The notes under the pieces were generated by a model. It made no database searches and was not told where the DNA came from. It was given only the letters and a program-made list of their open reading frames with translations. DNA of 36,981 nt from Ruminococcaceae bacterium UBA5450 (GTDB lineage Bacteria; Bacillota; Clostridia; Oscillospirales; Acutalibacteraceae): NCBI GenBank assembly GCA_002424295.1, contig DIQY01000139.1:1-36981 (forward strand), read 5' to 3'. This document shows positions 9,809-17,400 of this stretch, piece after piece (within the stretch, counting starts at the first letter, position 1; each line of letters opens with the position of its first letter). The position numbers and the translations under genes are program-made.

Positions 9809-11119
9809 ATGAAGCAGAAATGGCTGACTAAAGGGACGATAGCGGTGCTTTTAATAGCATTTTTGACGGGATGTTCCGAACAGGCTTCCCCATCAGAGAG
9901 TGCGGCAATTTTGTCCTCTTTTATGACGCCATCACAAGAAATTTCTTCTGCAGAATCGGCTGCTCCGAACGTGAATTCAGAATCGGAAACGGTGACGCCG
10001 GAATCTGAGGCGAAGAAAAAGCTTTCTCAAATGACCTTGGAGCAAAAGGTCGGGCAGCTGTTTTTTCTTTGTTATCGTAAAGATGCTGACGGGAATAATC
10101 TTTTAAAGCTTGATGAAGCTTCACAAAAGCAAATTCAGAATATTCAGCCGGGAGGAATTGCGCTCTTTGACGAAAATATTAGTACAGTAGAGGGAGTACG
10201 CAGCTATATTCAAATGGCAGAAAGTCGAGAGACGCTGCCCCCGTTTATTTCGATTGATCAGGAAGGCGGCCTTATTCAGAGAATCAAAAATACGGATTCT
10301 ATTCCGGCAACGAATGTACCGCCAATGATGGAAGTAGGCAATACCGGCGATACAGCTTTGGCAAGAAAGATCGGGAATGTTTTAGGCAGTGAACTTTCTG
10401 TATTTGGCTTTAATTTGGATTTTGCGCCGGATTGCGATGTCTTTTCCAATCCCAATAATACCGTGATCGGCAACCGTTCTTTTTCAAGTGACCCGAATGT
10501 GGTTGCATCCATGTCAATCGCAGTCAGCAATGGATTGCGGGATACGGGAATGATCCCCGTTATAAAGCATTTTCCGGGGCATGGGGATACAGATGCGGAT
10601 ACGCATGTAGGATATGCGGTTTCGAATAAAACCAAGGCAGAGCTGGAGCAAACAGAATTGGTGCCTTTTAGAGAGCAGATTCGATCTGGAGCAGAAATGA
10701 TTATGGTGGCACATATCAGCCTGCCGCAGATCAACGGAGATAATACACCGGCTACGCTTTCTCAATCGGTCGTTACAGGAATTTTAAGGGATAAGTTTGG
10801 ATTTCATGGGGTCGCAGTCACCGATGCAATGGATATGGGAGCAATCACCGAAAATTACACTTCGGCGGAAGCGGCTACGATGGCGCTGAAGGCCGGAATG
10901 GATATGATTTTGATGCCGAAAGATCCAGAGAAAGCCTATCAGGCTATCTTGGAAGCCGTGCAGAATGGCACGATTTCACAAGAACGCCTTGACACCTCAG
11001 TGCTGAGAATTTTGAAGCTAAAATACCAATATCATTTGTTTGATAGCAAAAAGCTTTTCGACTCGAGTATTCTTGGCTGTGAAGAGCATCAAAAAGTCGT
11101 TCAGCAGGTGACAGGCTGA
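9809..11119 (+). CDS. GH3 beta-N-acetylhexosaminidase (NagZ-type) lipoprotein
   Basis: Lipobox LTGC, then a Ser/Glu/Pro-rich linker. Motifs MTLEQKVGQL, IDQEGG, FAPDCD, KHFPGHGDTDADTH (NagZ Asp-His dyad) and TDAMDM (nucleophile). Confidence 0.9.
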   Translation: MKQKWLTKGTIAVLLIAFLTGCSEQASPSESAAILSSFMTPSQEISSAESAAPNVNSESETVTPESEAKKKLSQMTLEQKVGQLFFLCYRKDADGNNLLKLDEASQKQIQNIQPGGIALFDENISTVEGVRSYIQMAESRETLPPFISIDQEGGLIQRIKNTDSIPATNVPPMMEVGNTGDTALARKIGNVLGSELSVFGFNLDFAPDCDVFSNPNNTVIGNRSFSSDPNVVASMSIAVSNGLRDTGMIPVIKHFPGHGDTDADTHVGYAVSNKTKAELEQTELVPFREQIRSGAEMIMVAHISLPQINGDNTPATLSQSVVTGILRDKFGFHGVAVTDAMDMGAITENYTSAEAATMALKAGMDMILMPKDPEKAYQAILEAVQNGTISQERLDTSVLRILKLKYQYHLFDSKKLFDSSILGCEEHQKVVQQVTG

Positions 11120-11153
11120 TAGAAGTGTTTAAAATCTGGTGTTCATTTTAAAG

Positions 11154-11185
11154 AAAGAGATTCAGTGTAAGCTGGATCTCTTTTT
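11154..11185 (+). terminator. Probable intrinsic terminator after the GH3 gene
   Basis: AAAGAGATTCAG / CTGGATCTCTTT followed by a T-run. Confidence 0.65.
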
Positions 11186-11272
11186 ATGACGGGATAGCGT
11201 TTATATTTTTGATTTTTTTAGGGGAATAGAGTATAATTTTAAGCAATATAGCGATGACTGGAGGATTTTAAA

Positions 11273-12397
11273 ATGCAGCAAATTCCAATTGTAATTGTCG
11301 GAGGGGGAGCTTCCGGCCTTTTCTGCGCGGTACAAATTGCAGAGAAACTTGGCGGAAAAAACATTTTGATTTTGGAAGCCGGAAAACGGGTTGGCACAAA
11401 GTTACTCGCTACCGGGAATGGGCACTGCAATCTTACAAACCTTCTGGCGTCGCAGGAACACTATCATGGAGATGTCAAAAAAGCAGAAGTGCTTTTGCAA
11501 AAATATTCGCCCGAAACCGTTATCGAATCATTTCGAAAAATCGGGCTTCTCTGCCGAGAAGAGGGAGAAGGGCGCGTTTATCCCTACAGCATGCAGGCTT
11601 CTTCGGTTTTGAATCTTCTGCGTGCCCGTCTTGAGTCACTGGGCGTACGCGAATGCTGTGAATTTGAAGTGGTTGGAATTCAAAAAGATGGGGATGGTTT
11701 TCTTCTCAGTTCGAAAGACAACGAAAAAATAAGAGCTCAAACTTGTATTTTAGCGACCGGAGGGAAAAGTGGCACAAAATTTTCTTCCGGATATGATCTG
11801 TTGAGGCAGCTTGGGCATACGATTCCAAGCTTGAAACCAGGTCTTTGCCCTATTTTTGTTTGTGAACAGCAGAAAATTCGCACACTAAAAGGGATAAGGG
11901 CTCGGGGAATGGTGACTCTGCTTCGCAAAGAAAAAGTCGTTGCCTGCACGATGGGAGAAATTCAATTTACTGCACAAGGACTTTCTGGAATCTGTATTTT
12001 TGATCTTTCCGGAAAAGCTTTGCCGGGGGATCTTATTTCGTTGGATTTAGCACCGGAATATGACGTAAAGACTTTAAAATCATTGACAGAAGCATGTGAT
12101 GGTTCTTTGCAGGGGGTTTTGCCAAAAGCATTGGCTGCCTGTTGTACGCCGGAAGATTGTAAACATTTGCAGTTTACCGTACAAAAGACAGCACCGTTTC
12201 AAAATGCTCAGATTACAGTTGGTGGGGTTCCATTAGATGAAATTGATGAATCCTGTGAGTCGCGCAAAGTTCGGAACCTCTGGATCTTGGGAGAGCTTTT
12301 AAATCTAAATGGAGACTGTGGCGGCTTTAATCTGCATTGGGCGTGGATTACTGCAATGGCGGCAGCCGAAAAAATTACTCGGGAGGGAATGATATGA
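11273..12397 (+). CDS. HI0933/YhiN/BaiN-like FAD-dependent oxidoreductase
   Basis: IVGGGASG, GTKLLATGNGHCNLTN, EGRVYP, LATGG, GEIQFT..GLSG, AQITVGGV, GE.L...GDCGGFNL.WAW motifs. Confidence 0.92.
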   Translation: MQQIPIVIVGGGASGLFCAVQIAEKLGGKNILILEAGKRVGTKLLATGNGHCNLTNLLASQEHYHGDVKKAEVLLQKYSPETVIESFRKIGLLCREEGEGRVYPYSMQASSVLNLLRARLESLGVRECCEFEVVGIQKDGDGFLLSSKDNEKIRAQTCILATGGKSGTKFSSGYDLLRQLGHTIPSLKPGLCPIFVCEQQKIRTLKGIRARGMVTLLRKEKVVACTMGEIQFTAQGLSGICIFDLSGKALPGDLISLDLAPEYDVKTLKSLTEACDGSLQGVLPKALAACCTPEDCKHLQFTVQKTAPFQNAQITVGGVPLDEIDESCESRKVRNLWILGELLNLNGDCGGFNLHWAWITAMAAAEKITREGMI

Positions 12398-13989
12398 GAT
12401 ATCGAATTTCATCACTGTCGCTGCCTCTTTCTTACCGGCAAGAGGATCTTTTTAAGCTGACAGCGCGCAGTTTGCAGATTCCTTCCAAAGAGATTCGCCA
12501 TTTGGAACTTACGAAAAAATCAGTAGATGCACGCCATAAGGATCAGATCCATTTTATCTGTACGGTAGAGGTGGAAGTTGATCGTAAAATTCCTGGAATT
12601 TCTCGCAATTCGAAGGTAACAGAGGCAGTTCCTTATCGTTATGTTCTGCCTGAGAGTAAGCCGCTCGCTACGCGTCCGGTAATTGCTGGCTTTGGTCCTG
12701 CGGGATTGTTTGCTGCCCTGATTTTGGCGAAATCGGGGCAACGCCCCATCGTTTTGGAGCGCGGAGCTCCGGTGGAAGAACGGCAGAGATCGGTACAGGA
12801 TTTTTGGAAGACCGGCGTACTGAATCCAGAAAGCAATGTTCAATTTGGAGAAGGCGGAGCGGGGACTTTTTCTGATGGAAAACTAAATACTGGGACGAAA
12901 GATATTCGAATTCGTTACGTTTTGGAACAATTTGTTTTGGCAGGAGCGCCGGAGTGTATTTTATGGGAGGCAAAACCGCATATTGGGACAGATCTGCTGC
13001 CAAAAACCATTCAGACTTTGCGAAATCAAATTCTATCTTTAGGTGGAGAAGTGTATTTTCACAGTCGGGTAGATGGATTTTTGCGCAATTCTGATGGGTC
13101 TTTAAAGGGAATACGAGTTCATTCTTTGAATGAATTTTCTGAAATTCCGTGCGAACAGCTGATTTTAGCAGTCGGGCACAGCGCGCGGGACACTTTTTCG
13201 ATGCTTTTTAGAGAGGGCGCTCTCCTGGAACCAAAACCGTTTGCAGTTGGTGCGAGAATTGAACATTTGCAGCAGAAAATTAATGAGAGCCAATATGGTG
13301 CTTTTTCCAAAGAACCGGCTTTGGGTGCAGCTGATTATCGCATGGCAGTTCATCTGGAAAATGGGCGCGGTGTTTTTACCTTTTGCATGTGTCCCGGCGG
13401 CACGGTTGTTGCAGCTGCCAGCGAAGAGGGAAGAGTTGTTACAAATGGAATGAGTGCCTTTGCAAGAGATGGTAAAAATGCGAATTCGGCGCTTTTGGTT
13501 GGAATTACGCCGCAGGATTTTGGAAGCGATCATCCGCTTTCTGGTATTGAATTTCAGCGTAGATTAGAAAAGGCAGCATTTTTAGCAGGAGGCGGTGCTT
13601 ATTTGGCGCCATGTCAGCGCGTGGGAGACTTTTTGAATGACAGAAAGACGAGTTCTTTTGGAACCGTTCAACCGACTTATCCAAGAGGAGTCAAGCCGGC
13701 AAATTTACAGGAGTGCCTTCCAAAATTTCTTTGGGAGGCAATGGGAGAAGGAATTCTTAGAATGAATCAAAAACTGCATGGATTTTCTGATCCGGATGCT
13801 CTGTTAACGGCGGTAGAATCTCGTTCTTCTTCGCCGGTTCGGATTGTGCGCGGAGAGAATTATGAATCCGTTTCGATTCCGGGGCTTTATCCATGCGGAG
13901 AAGGAGCCGGATATGCAGGTGGAATTGTTTCTGCAGCGGTTGATGGAATTCGCTGTGCAGAAAAGATTCTTCAAAAAACAATGGAATAA
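12394..13989 (+). CDS. Uncharacterised FAD-dependent dehydrogenase (COG2509-like)
   Basis: KKSVDARHK, GFGPAGLFAA, SNVQFGEGGAGTFSDGKL, PHIGTD, FCMCPGG.VV, GEGAGYAGGI.SAA.DG motifs. The ATG at 12394 overlaps the upstream TGA (ATGA) and follows GGAGGG. Confidence 0.9.
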   Translation: MRYRISSLSLPLSYRQEDLFKLTARSLQIPSKEIRHLELTKKSVDARHKDQIHFICTVEVEVDRKIPGISRNSKVTEAVPYRYVLPESKPLATRPVIAGFGPAGLFAALILAKSGQRPIVLERGAPVEERQRSVQDFWKTGVLNPESNVQFGEGGAGTFSDGKLNTGTKDIRIRYVLEQFVLAGAPECILWEAKPHIGTDLLPKTIQTLRNQILSLGGEVYFHSRVDGFLRNSDGSLKGIRVHSLNEFSEIPCEQLILAVGHSARDTFSMLFREGALLEPKPFAVGARIEHLQQKINESQYGAFSKEPALGAADYRMAVHLENGRGVFTFCMCPGGTVVAAASEEGRVVTNGMSAFARDGKNANSALLVGITPQDFGSDHPLSGIEFQRRLEKAAFLAGGGAYLAPCQRVGDFLNDRKTSSFGTVQPTYPRGVKPANLQECLPKFLWEAMGEGILRMNQKLHGFSDPDALLTAVESRSSSPVRIVRGENYESVSIPGLYPCGEGAGYAGGIVSAAVDGIRCAEKILQKTME

Positions 13990-14024
13990 AAAAAGCAGAG
14001 GACTAAAAAATCCTCTGCTTTTTT
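13989..14024 (+). terminator. Intrinsic terminator of the flavoprotein pair (possibly bidirectional)
   Basis: AAAAAAGCAGAGGA / TCCTCTGCTTTTTT. Confidence 0.85.
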
Positions 14025-14054
14025 ATATGGGTAGCATAAATAGAAAAATGAGGC

Positions 14055-14093
14055 AAAAGGCTAAATAAAATATAAAAATTTTGATTCAGCCTT
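14055..14093 (-). terminator. Probable terminator of the dehydrogenase-thioesterase unit
   Basis: On the minus strand AAGGCTGAATCAAAAT pairs with ATTTTATTTAGCCTT, followed by TT, just after the thioesterase stop. Confidence 0.5.
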
Positions 14094-14098
14094 AAAAA

Positions 14099-14578
14099 TC
14101 AATATTGCTCGATTCGGCGCTGTCTGCGCAAAGCGTCTCTTTTTTCTCCGGCTTTCCATGCCGCTTTTTCTTCGTCTGTTTCGACAATCAGAGAAGGAAC
14201 CATAGTAGGATGTTCATCCTTATCCAGTGCAACCATCACAAAGTGCGCGGTATTCACAAGCTTTCGGCTGCCATCCAGTTCTTCCACGTAACTGTCTACC
14301 TGGACCTCCATAGAGGTTCTTCCAACATAGGTGATTTTTCCAAACAACAGAACGGTATCGTTGATATGTACAGCTTCTTTAAATTGAAGATTATCAATAG
14401 AAGCGGTAGTGGTATTGCAATGGGAATGTCTGCGTGCAACAACTCCCGCAACAACGTCGATCCATTCTACTAATTGTCCGCCAAAAAGTCTTCCAGCACC
14501 GTTAATATGGCTGCTTAAAACAATTTGTGTCTGTACGACCTTAGATTCTGAGACATGCTTTGAAGGTCTTGTTTCCAT
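14099..14578 (-). CDS. Hotdog-fold acyl-CoA thioesterase (YciA-like)
   Basis: N.AG.LFGGQL..WID..A, TTASID.L.F, YVGRTSMEV, FVMVALD motifs. ATG at 14578 follows GGAGTG; GTG at 14587 is an alternative start. Confidence 0.92.
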   Translation of the reverse strand: METRPSKHVSESKVVQTQIVLSSHINGAGRLFGGQLVEWIDVVAGVVARRHSHCNTTTASIDNLQFKEAVHINDTVLLFGKITYVGRTSMEVQVDSYVEELDGSRKLVNTAHFVMVALDKDEHPTMVPSLIVETDEEKAAWKAGEKRDALRRQRRIEQY

Positions 14579-14605
14579 GACGATCACTCCAGTTTTAAAA
14601 ATTTT

Positions 14606-15556
14606 TTACTTAATTTCTTTTAAATGTTCCATGTTCTTTTTGATCTGTTCGCAGCAATGATGGAATTTTTCTTTTTCTTCAGTATTTAGTGACAGTTCTA
14701 CAACTTCTTCTGCACCATTTGCTCCGATTACAGCAGGGACACCAGCGAACAGCCCGGATTCTCCATATTCTCCGCAGAGTTCACAGCTTGCAGGAAGAAT
14801 TTGTTTTTCATCATGAAAAACAATGTACACCATTCTTGCAGCAGTACTGGCAATCGCATATTCGGTGCAGAATTTTCCACTGAATGTACGCCAGCCGGCA
14901 CCAATTGCATATTTTTGCATTTCGTCACGGTCAAATTGGAATCGTTTGTCTGTTTTTGCCCACTCATCTAAAGATTTACCGCGGAAAGACACACAAGACC
15001 ATGGTGCAAATTGGTCGCTGCCATGTTCTCCCAGCATATAAGCGGTAATGGATTTATGATCGATTCCGGTTTGTTCGGCCAGAGCCGAAATTAACCTAGC
15101 TGTATCAAGACCGGTTCCAGTTCCAAATACATGGCCGCGCGGAAGTTTGAGCCCAAGAGCCAGCTGTCTGGTAACAATATCGCAAGGATTAGAAATGTTA
15201 ATCAAAACTCCATTAAAACCAGAAGCTTTGATTTTGTCAACATAGCCGTTTACTGCGGCGATGGTAAAGTCCATTTCCATCAGACGATCGTTATTGCCGC
15301 GGAGCAAATTGATATTGCCGACACTATTTACAATGATATCACAGTCTCCAAGGTCTGCAAAGCCACCGACAGCTACTTTCATTCGATGAGGAAGATACGC
15401 AACACTGTCAATCAAATCTTGACATTCGCTTTTTACTTTGCTTTCATTCTGATCGACTAAAACAATTTCATCCGCAATTCCCTGAACAGCGATGCTGTAT
15501 GCGACATGAGCGCCCACATGTCCTAGACCAATGATGCCAACTTTTTTGGTTCTCAT
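14606..15556 (-). CDS. L-lactate/L-2-hydroxyacid dehydrogenase family protein (L-HicDH-like)
   Basis: GIIGLGHVG Rossmann motif, NPCD, GTGTGLDTAR, GEHG. The substrate loop reads GNINLLRGNNDRL rather than the canonical LDH GAxQKPGETRL. Confidence 0.88.
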   Translation of the reverse strand: MRTKKVGIIGLGHVGAHVAYSIAVQGIADEIVLVDQNESKVKSECQDLIDSVAYLPHRMKVAVGGFADLGDCDIIVNSVGNINLLRGNNDRLMEMDFTIAAVNGYVDKIKASGFNGVLINISNPCDIVTRQLALGLKLPRGHVFGTGTGLDTARLISALAEQTGIDHKSITAYMLGEHGSDQFAPWSCVSFRGKSLDEWAKTDKRFQFDRDEMQKYAIGAGWRTFSGKFCTEYAIASTAARMVYIVFHDEKQILPASCELCGEYGESGLFAGVPAVIGANGAEEVVELSLNTEEKEKFHHCCEQIKKNMEHLKEIK

Positions 15557-15617
15557 CTTTTACCCTCCTAAAATACAAATCCCCAAAAGTTTCAAAAATT
15601 TATGTAATTTGATATTT

Positions 15618-15646
15618 ATTGTAGACTCATGATTTTCACTTGTCAA
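15618..15646 (-). promoter_or_regulatory. Sigma-A promoter of the dehydrogenase-thioesterase unit
   Basis: TTGACA (15646-15641), 17 nt, TACAAT (15623-15618). Confidence 0.75.
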
Positions 15647-15677
15647 TGAAGATTCTCTTTACAAAAAATCGTTTTAA

Positions 15678-15747
15678 TTGATTTCTTTTTTCATTCGGGT
15701 TATAATATTTGCAGTAAATGTTTTACAAGTAAGAAATGTTATTCTTA
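15678..15747 (+). promoter_or_regulatory. Sigma-A promoter and downstream palindromes of the AbrB-fold gene
   Basis: TTGATT (15678-15683), 17 nt, TATAAT (15701-15706). Inverted repeats GTAAA-TGT-TTTAC (15714-15726) and TAAGAA-N6-TTCTTA (15730-15747). Confidence 0.6.
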
Positions 15748-15786
15748 TATTTGTAGCAAAAAATCAGTTAAAAGGGTGTGTATTAG

Positions 15787-16023
15787 ATGAAAAGTTTTTC
15801 AAAAGTTATTGATGATAAATATATGGGTTCTGTTAAAGTGGGTCCTAAAGGGCAAATTGTCATCCCAAAAGAGGCACGGGATATGTTTGAAATCCAACCA
15901 GGAGATACGCTGCTGCTGCTCGCCGATAAAGAGCGTGGAATCGCAATTCCACAGAAAAAAGATTATGATCAGCTTTTTAAAAATTTATTTTCACTGGAGC
16001 ACGGAATACCAGAAGAAAAGTAA
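15787..16023 (+). CDS. AbrB/MazE/SpoVT family DNA-binding protein
   Basis: VKVGPKGQIVIPKEARDMFEIQPGD swapped-hairpin signature. 78 aa. Confidence 0.9.
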   Translation: MKSFSKVIDDKYMGSVKVGPKGQIVIPKEARDMFEIQPGDTLLLLADKERGIAIPQKKDYDQLFKNLFSLEHGIPEEK

Positions 16024-16024
16024 A

Positions 16025-16067
16025 AAAAGCCTTTTCTCTTAGAGCCAAGCTGAGAGAAAAGGCTTTT
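16025..16067 (+). terminator. Intrinsic terminator after the AbrB-fold gene
   Basis: AAAAGCCTTTTCTCTTAG / CTGAGAGAAAAGGCTTTT. Confidence 0.85.
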
Positions 16068-16150
16068 ATGTTTTAAAAGCAGCAAATTCGTTTTCGTTGT
16101 ATAGAAATAGAAAAAGGAGGGTAAACTTTTCCTGCAGGGGGAATTTTTTG

Positions 16151-16588
16151 ATGTTTGCAGTTATATTTGCCATCATTGCCGGGGCTGCAATGAGCTTTCA
16201 GGGGGTGTTTAATACACGCCTGAGTGATCATGTTGGCCTTTATGAATCGAATGTACTCGTGCAGGGAATTGCATTTTTGTGTTCTGTGATTGTTCTGATT
16301 TTTTTTGGGACCGGAAATTTCAGTGCAGTTGGGGAAGCAAGCAAAATAGACCTTCTCGGAGGAGCTTTGGGAGTTGTCATCACAGTTACCGTTATGCTGG
16401 CCATGAAAGGGCTTGGGGCAACGATTGGGGTCTCTATTATTTTAATTGCACAGCTTCTTACAGCGGCTGTAGTGGATGCGTTTGGCCTTTTGAATGAAGA
16501 AAGAATTCCGTTTACATGGCAGAAGGTGCTGGGATTAATCTTGATGGTCGGAGGAGTAATGTTATTAAAATACAAACTTCCGACATGA
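16151..16588 (+). CDS. DMT family transporter (YdcZ/DUF606-like)
   Basis: AG.AMSFQGVFN.RL, GGALGV, AQL....VVD.FGL motifs and about 5 TM segments. ATG at 16151 is preferred over 16097. Confidence 0.88.
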   Translation: MFAVIFAIIAGAAMSFQGVFNTRLSDHVGLYESNVLVQGIAFLCSVIVLIFFGTGNFSAVGEASKIDLLGGALGVVITVTVMLAMKGLGATIGVSIILIAQLLTAAVVDAFGLLNEERIPFTWQKVLGLILMVGGVMLLKYKLPT

Positions 16589-16710
16589 ATTTTTTGATTT
16601 ATATTTCGTATATTTTTCTTTCAAATGACACAGAATAAACACATTCAACGTCTATTCTGTATTTATCAAATGATTATAAGATTCTTTTTCATAAATTTCT
16701 CCTCTCTCTA

Positions 16711-16754
16711 AAAAAGGATGGGCTGCCGAAGTTTTTCGGCAGCCCATCCTTTTT
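16711..16754. terminator. Bidirectional terminator at the end of the V/A-ATPase operon
   Basis: Perfect 20-bp inverted repeat AAAAAGGATGGGCTGCCGAA-GTTT-TTCGGCAGCCCATCCTTTTT. Confidence 0.92.
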
Positions 16755-16755
16755 A

Positions 16756-17397
16756 TTATGCTTTTTGTTTTTGGAACTTTTCTCGCTCTTTTTTTGATTT
16801 TAAAACTTTCAGCCTTGAAAATTCTTCTCTGTCTTTTTCTTCCAACGCATCTGAAATAAATTTTACAGCTTTTTGGAAGCGGGGAATCATAATGTTTTTC
16901 AGTGCATTTGCGCGCTTCTGTGTCTTTTTAATAGAATCTGCAAGGCGATAAACGCTGTTTTCCACCTCAGCAAGTTCTGCGGTCAAATATTTGACCTCTT
17001 GAAATTTTGAAAAGGCAAGATCGAGCGATGAATTTGTCTGAGAAAGTCCAAAGGGAATCTCTTGTTTTTCCTGCGGATCTTTAATTGTAACGATCGGAAT
17101 TTCTACGCCCATGACGCTGCGAAAGGATAGCTTTAAACTGTTATCCAGAGGAACCGTGCGAGCTAGATCAACTCCAATGCCCAATGTAATATTTGCTTTT
17201 TGCAGAGCAGAATATGCTTCTTCATAAACATTGTCAATTTTACTCTGAATCTCATTGGCACGGGAAATTAGCTGCATCATCTCGCGAATCAAGATGTTGC
17301 GTTTTCGGTCAAGCAGCTCAAAACCGGTCTGCGAAAGGGAGAGTGTACGCTTGGTAGCCAAAAGATTACCTTTTGTCGGAACGGTTGTGATTGCCAT
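16756..17397 (-). CDS. ntpD: V/A-type ATP synthase subunit D
   Basis: PTKGNL...K..L.....G..LLDRKR and IKKTQKRANAL.N..IP, LEE..REEF.RLK motifs. Confidence 0.95.
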   Translation of the reverse strand: MAITTVPTKGNLLATKRTLSLSQTGFELLDRKRNILIREMMQLISRANEIQSKIDNVYEEAYSALQKANITLGIGVDLARTVPLDNSLKLSFRSVMGVEIPIVTIKDPQEKQEIPFGLSQTNSSLDLAFSKFQEVKYLTAELAEVENSVYRLADSIKKTQKRANALKNIMIPRFQKAVKFISDALEEKDREEFSRLKVLKSKKEREKFQKQKA

Positions 17398-17400
17398 CGG

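Noticed and set aside
15787-16588. AbrB/MazE gene plus downstream gene as a toxin-antitoxin pair
   Set aside because: A strong terminator separates them, and the second gene is a DMT membrane protein rather than a PIN/MazF/Doc toxin.
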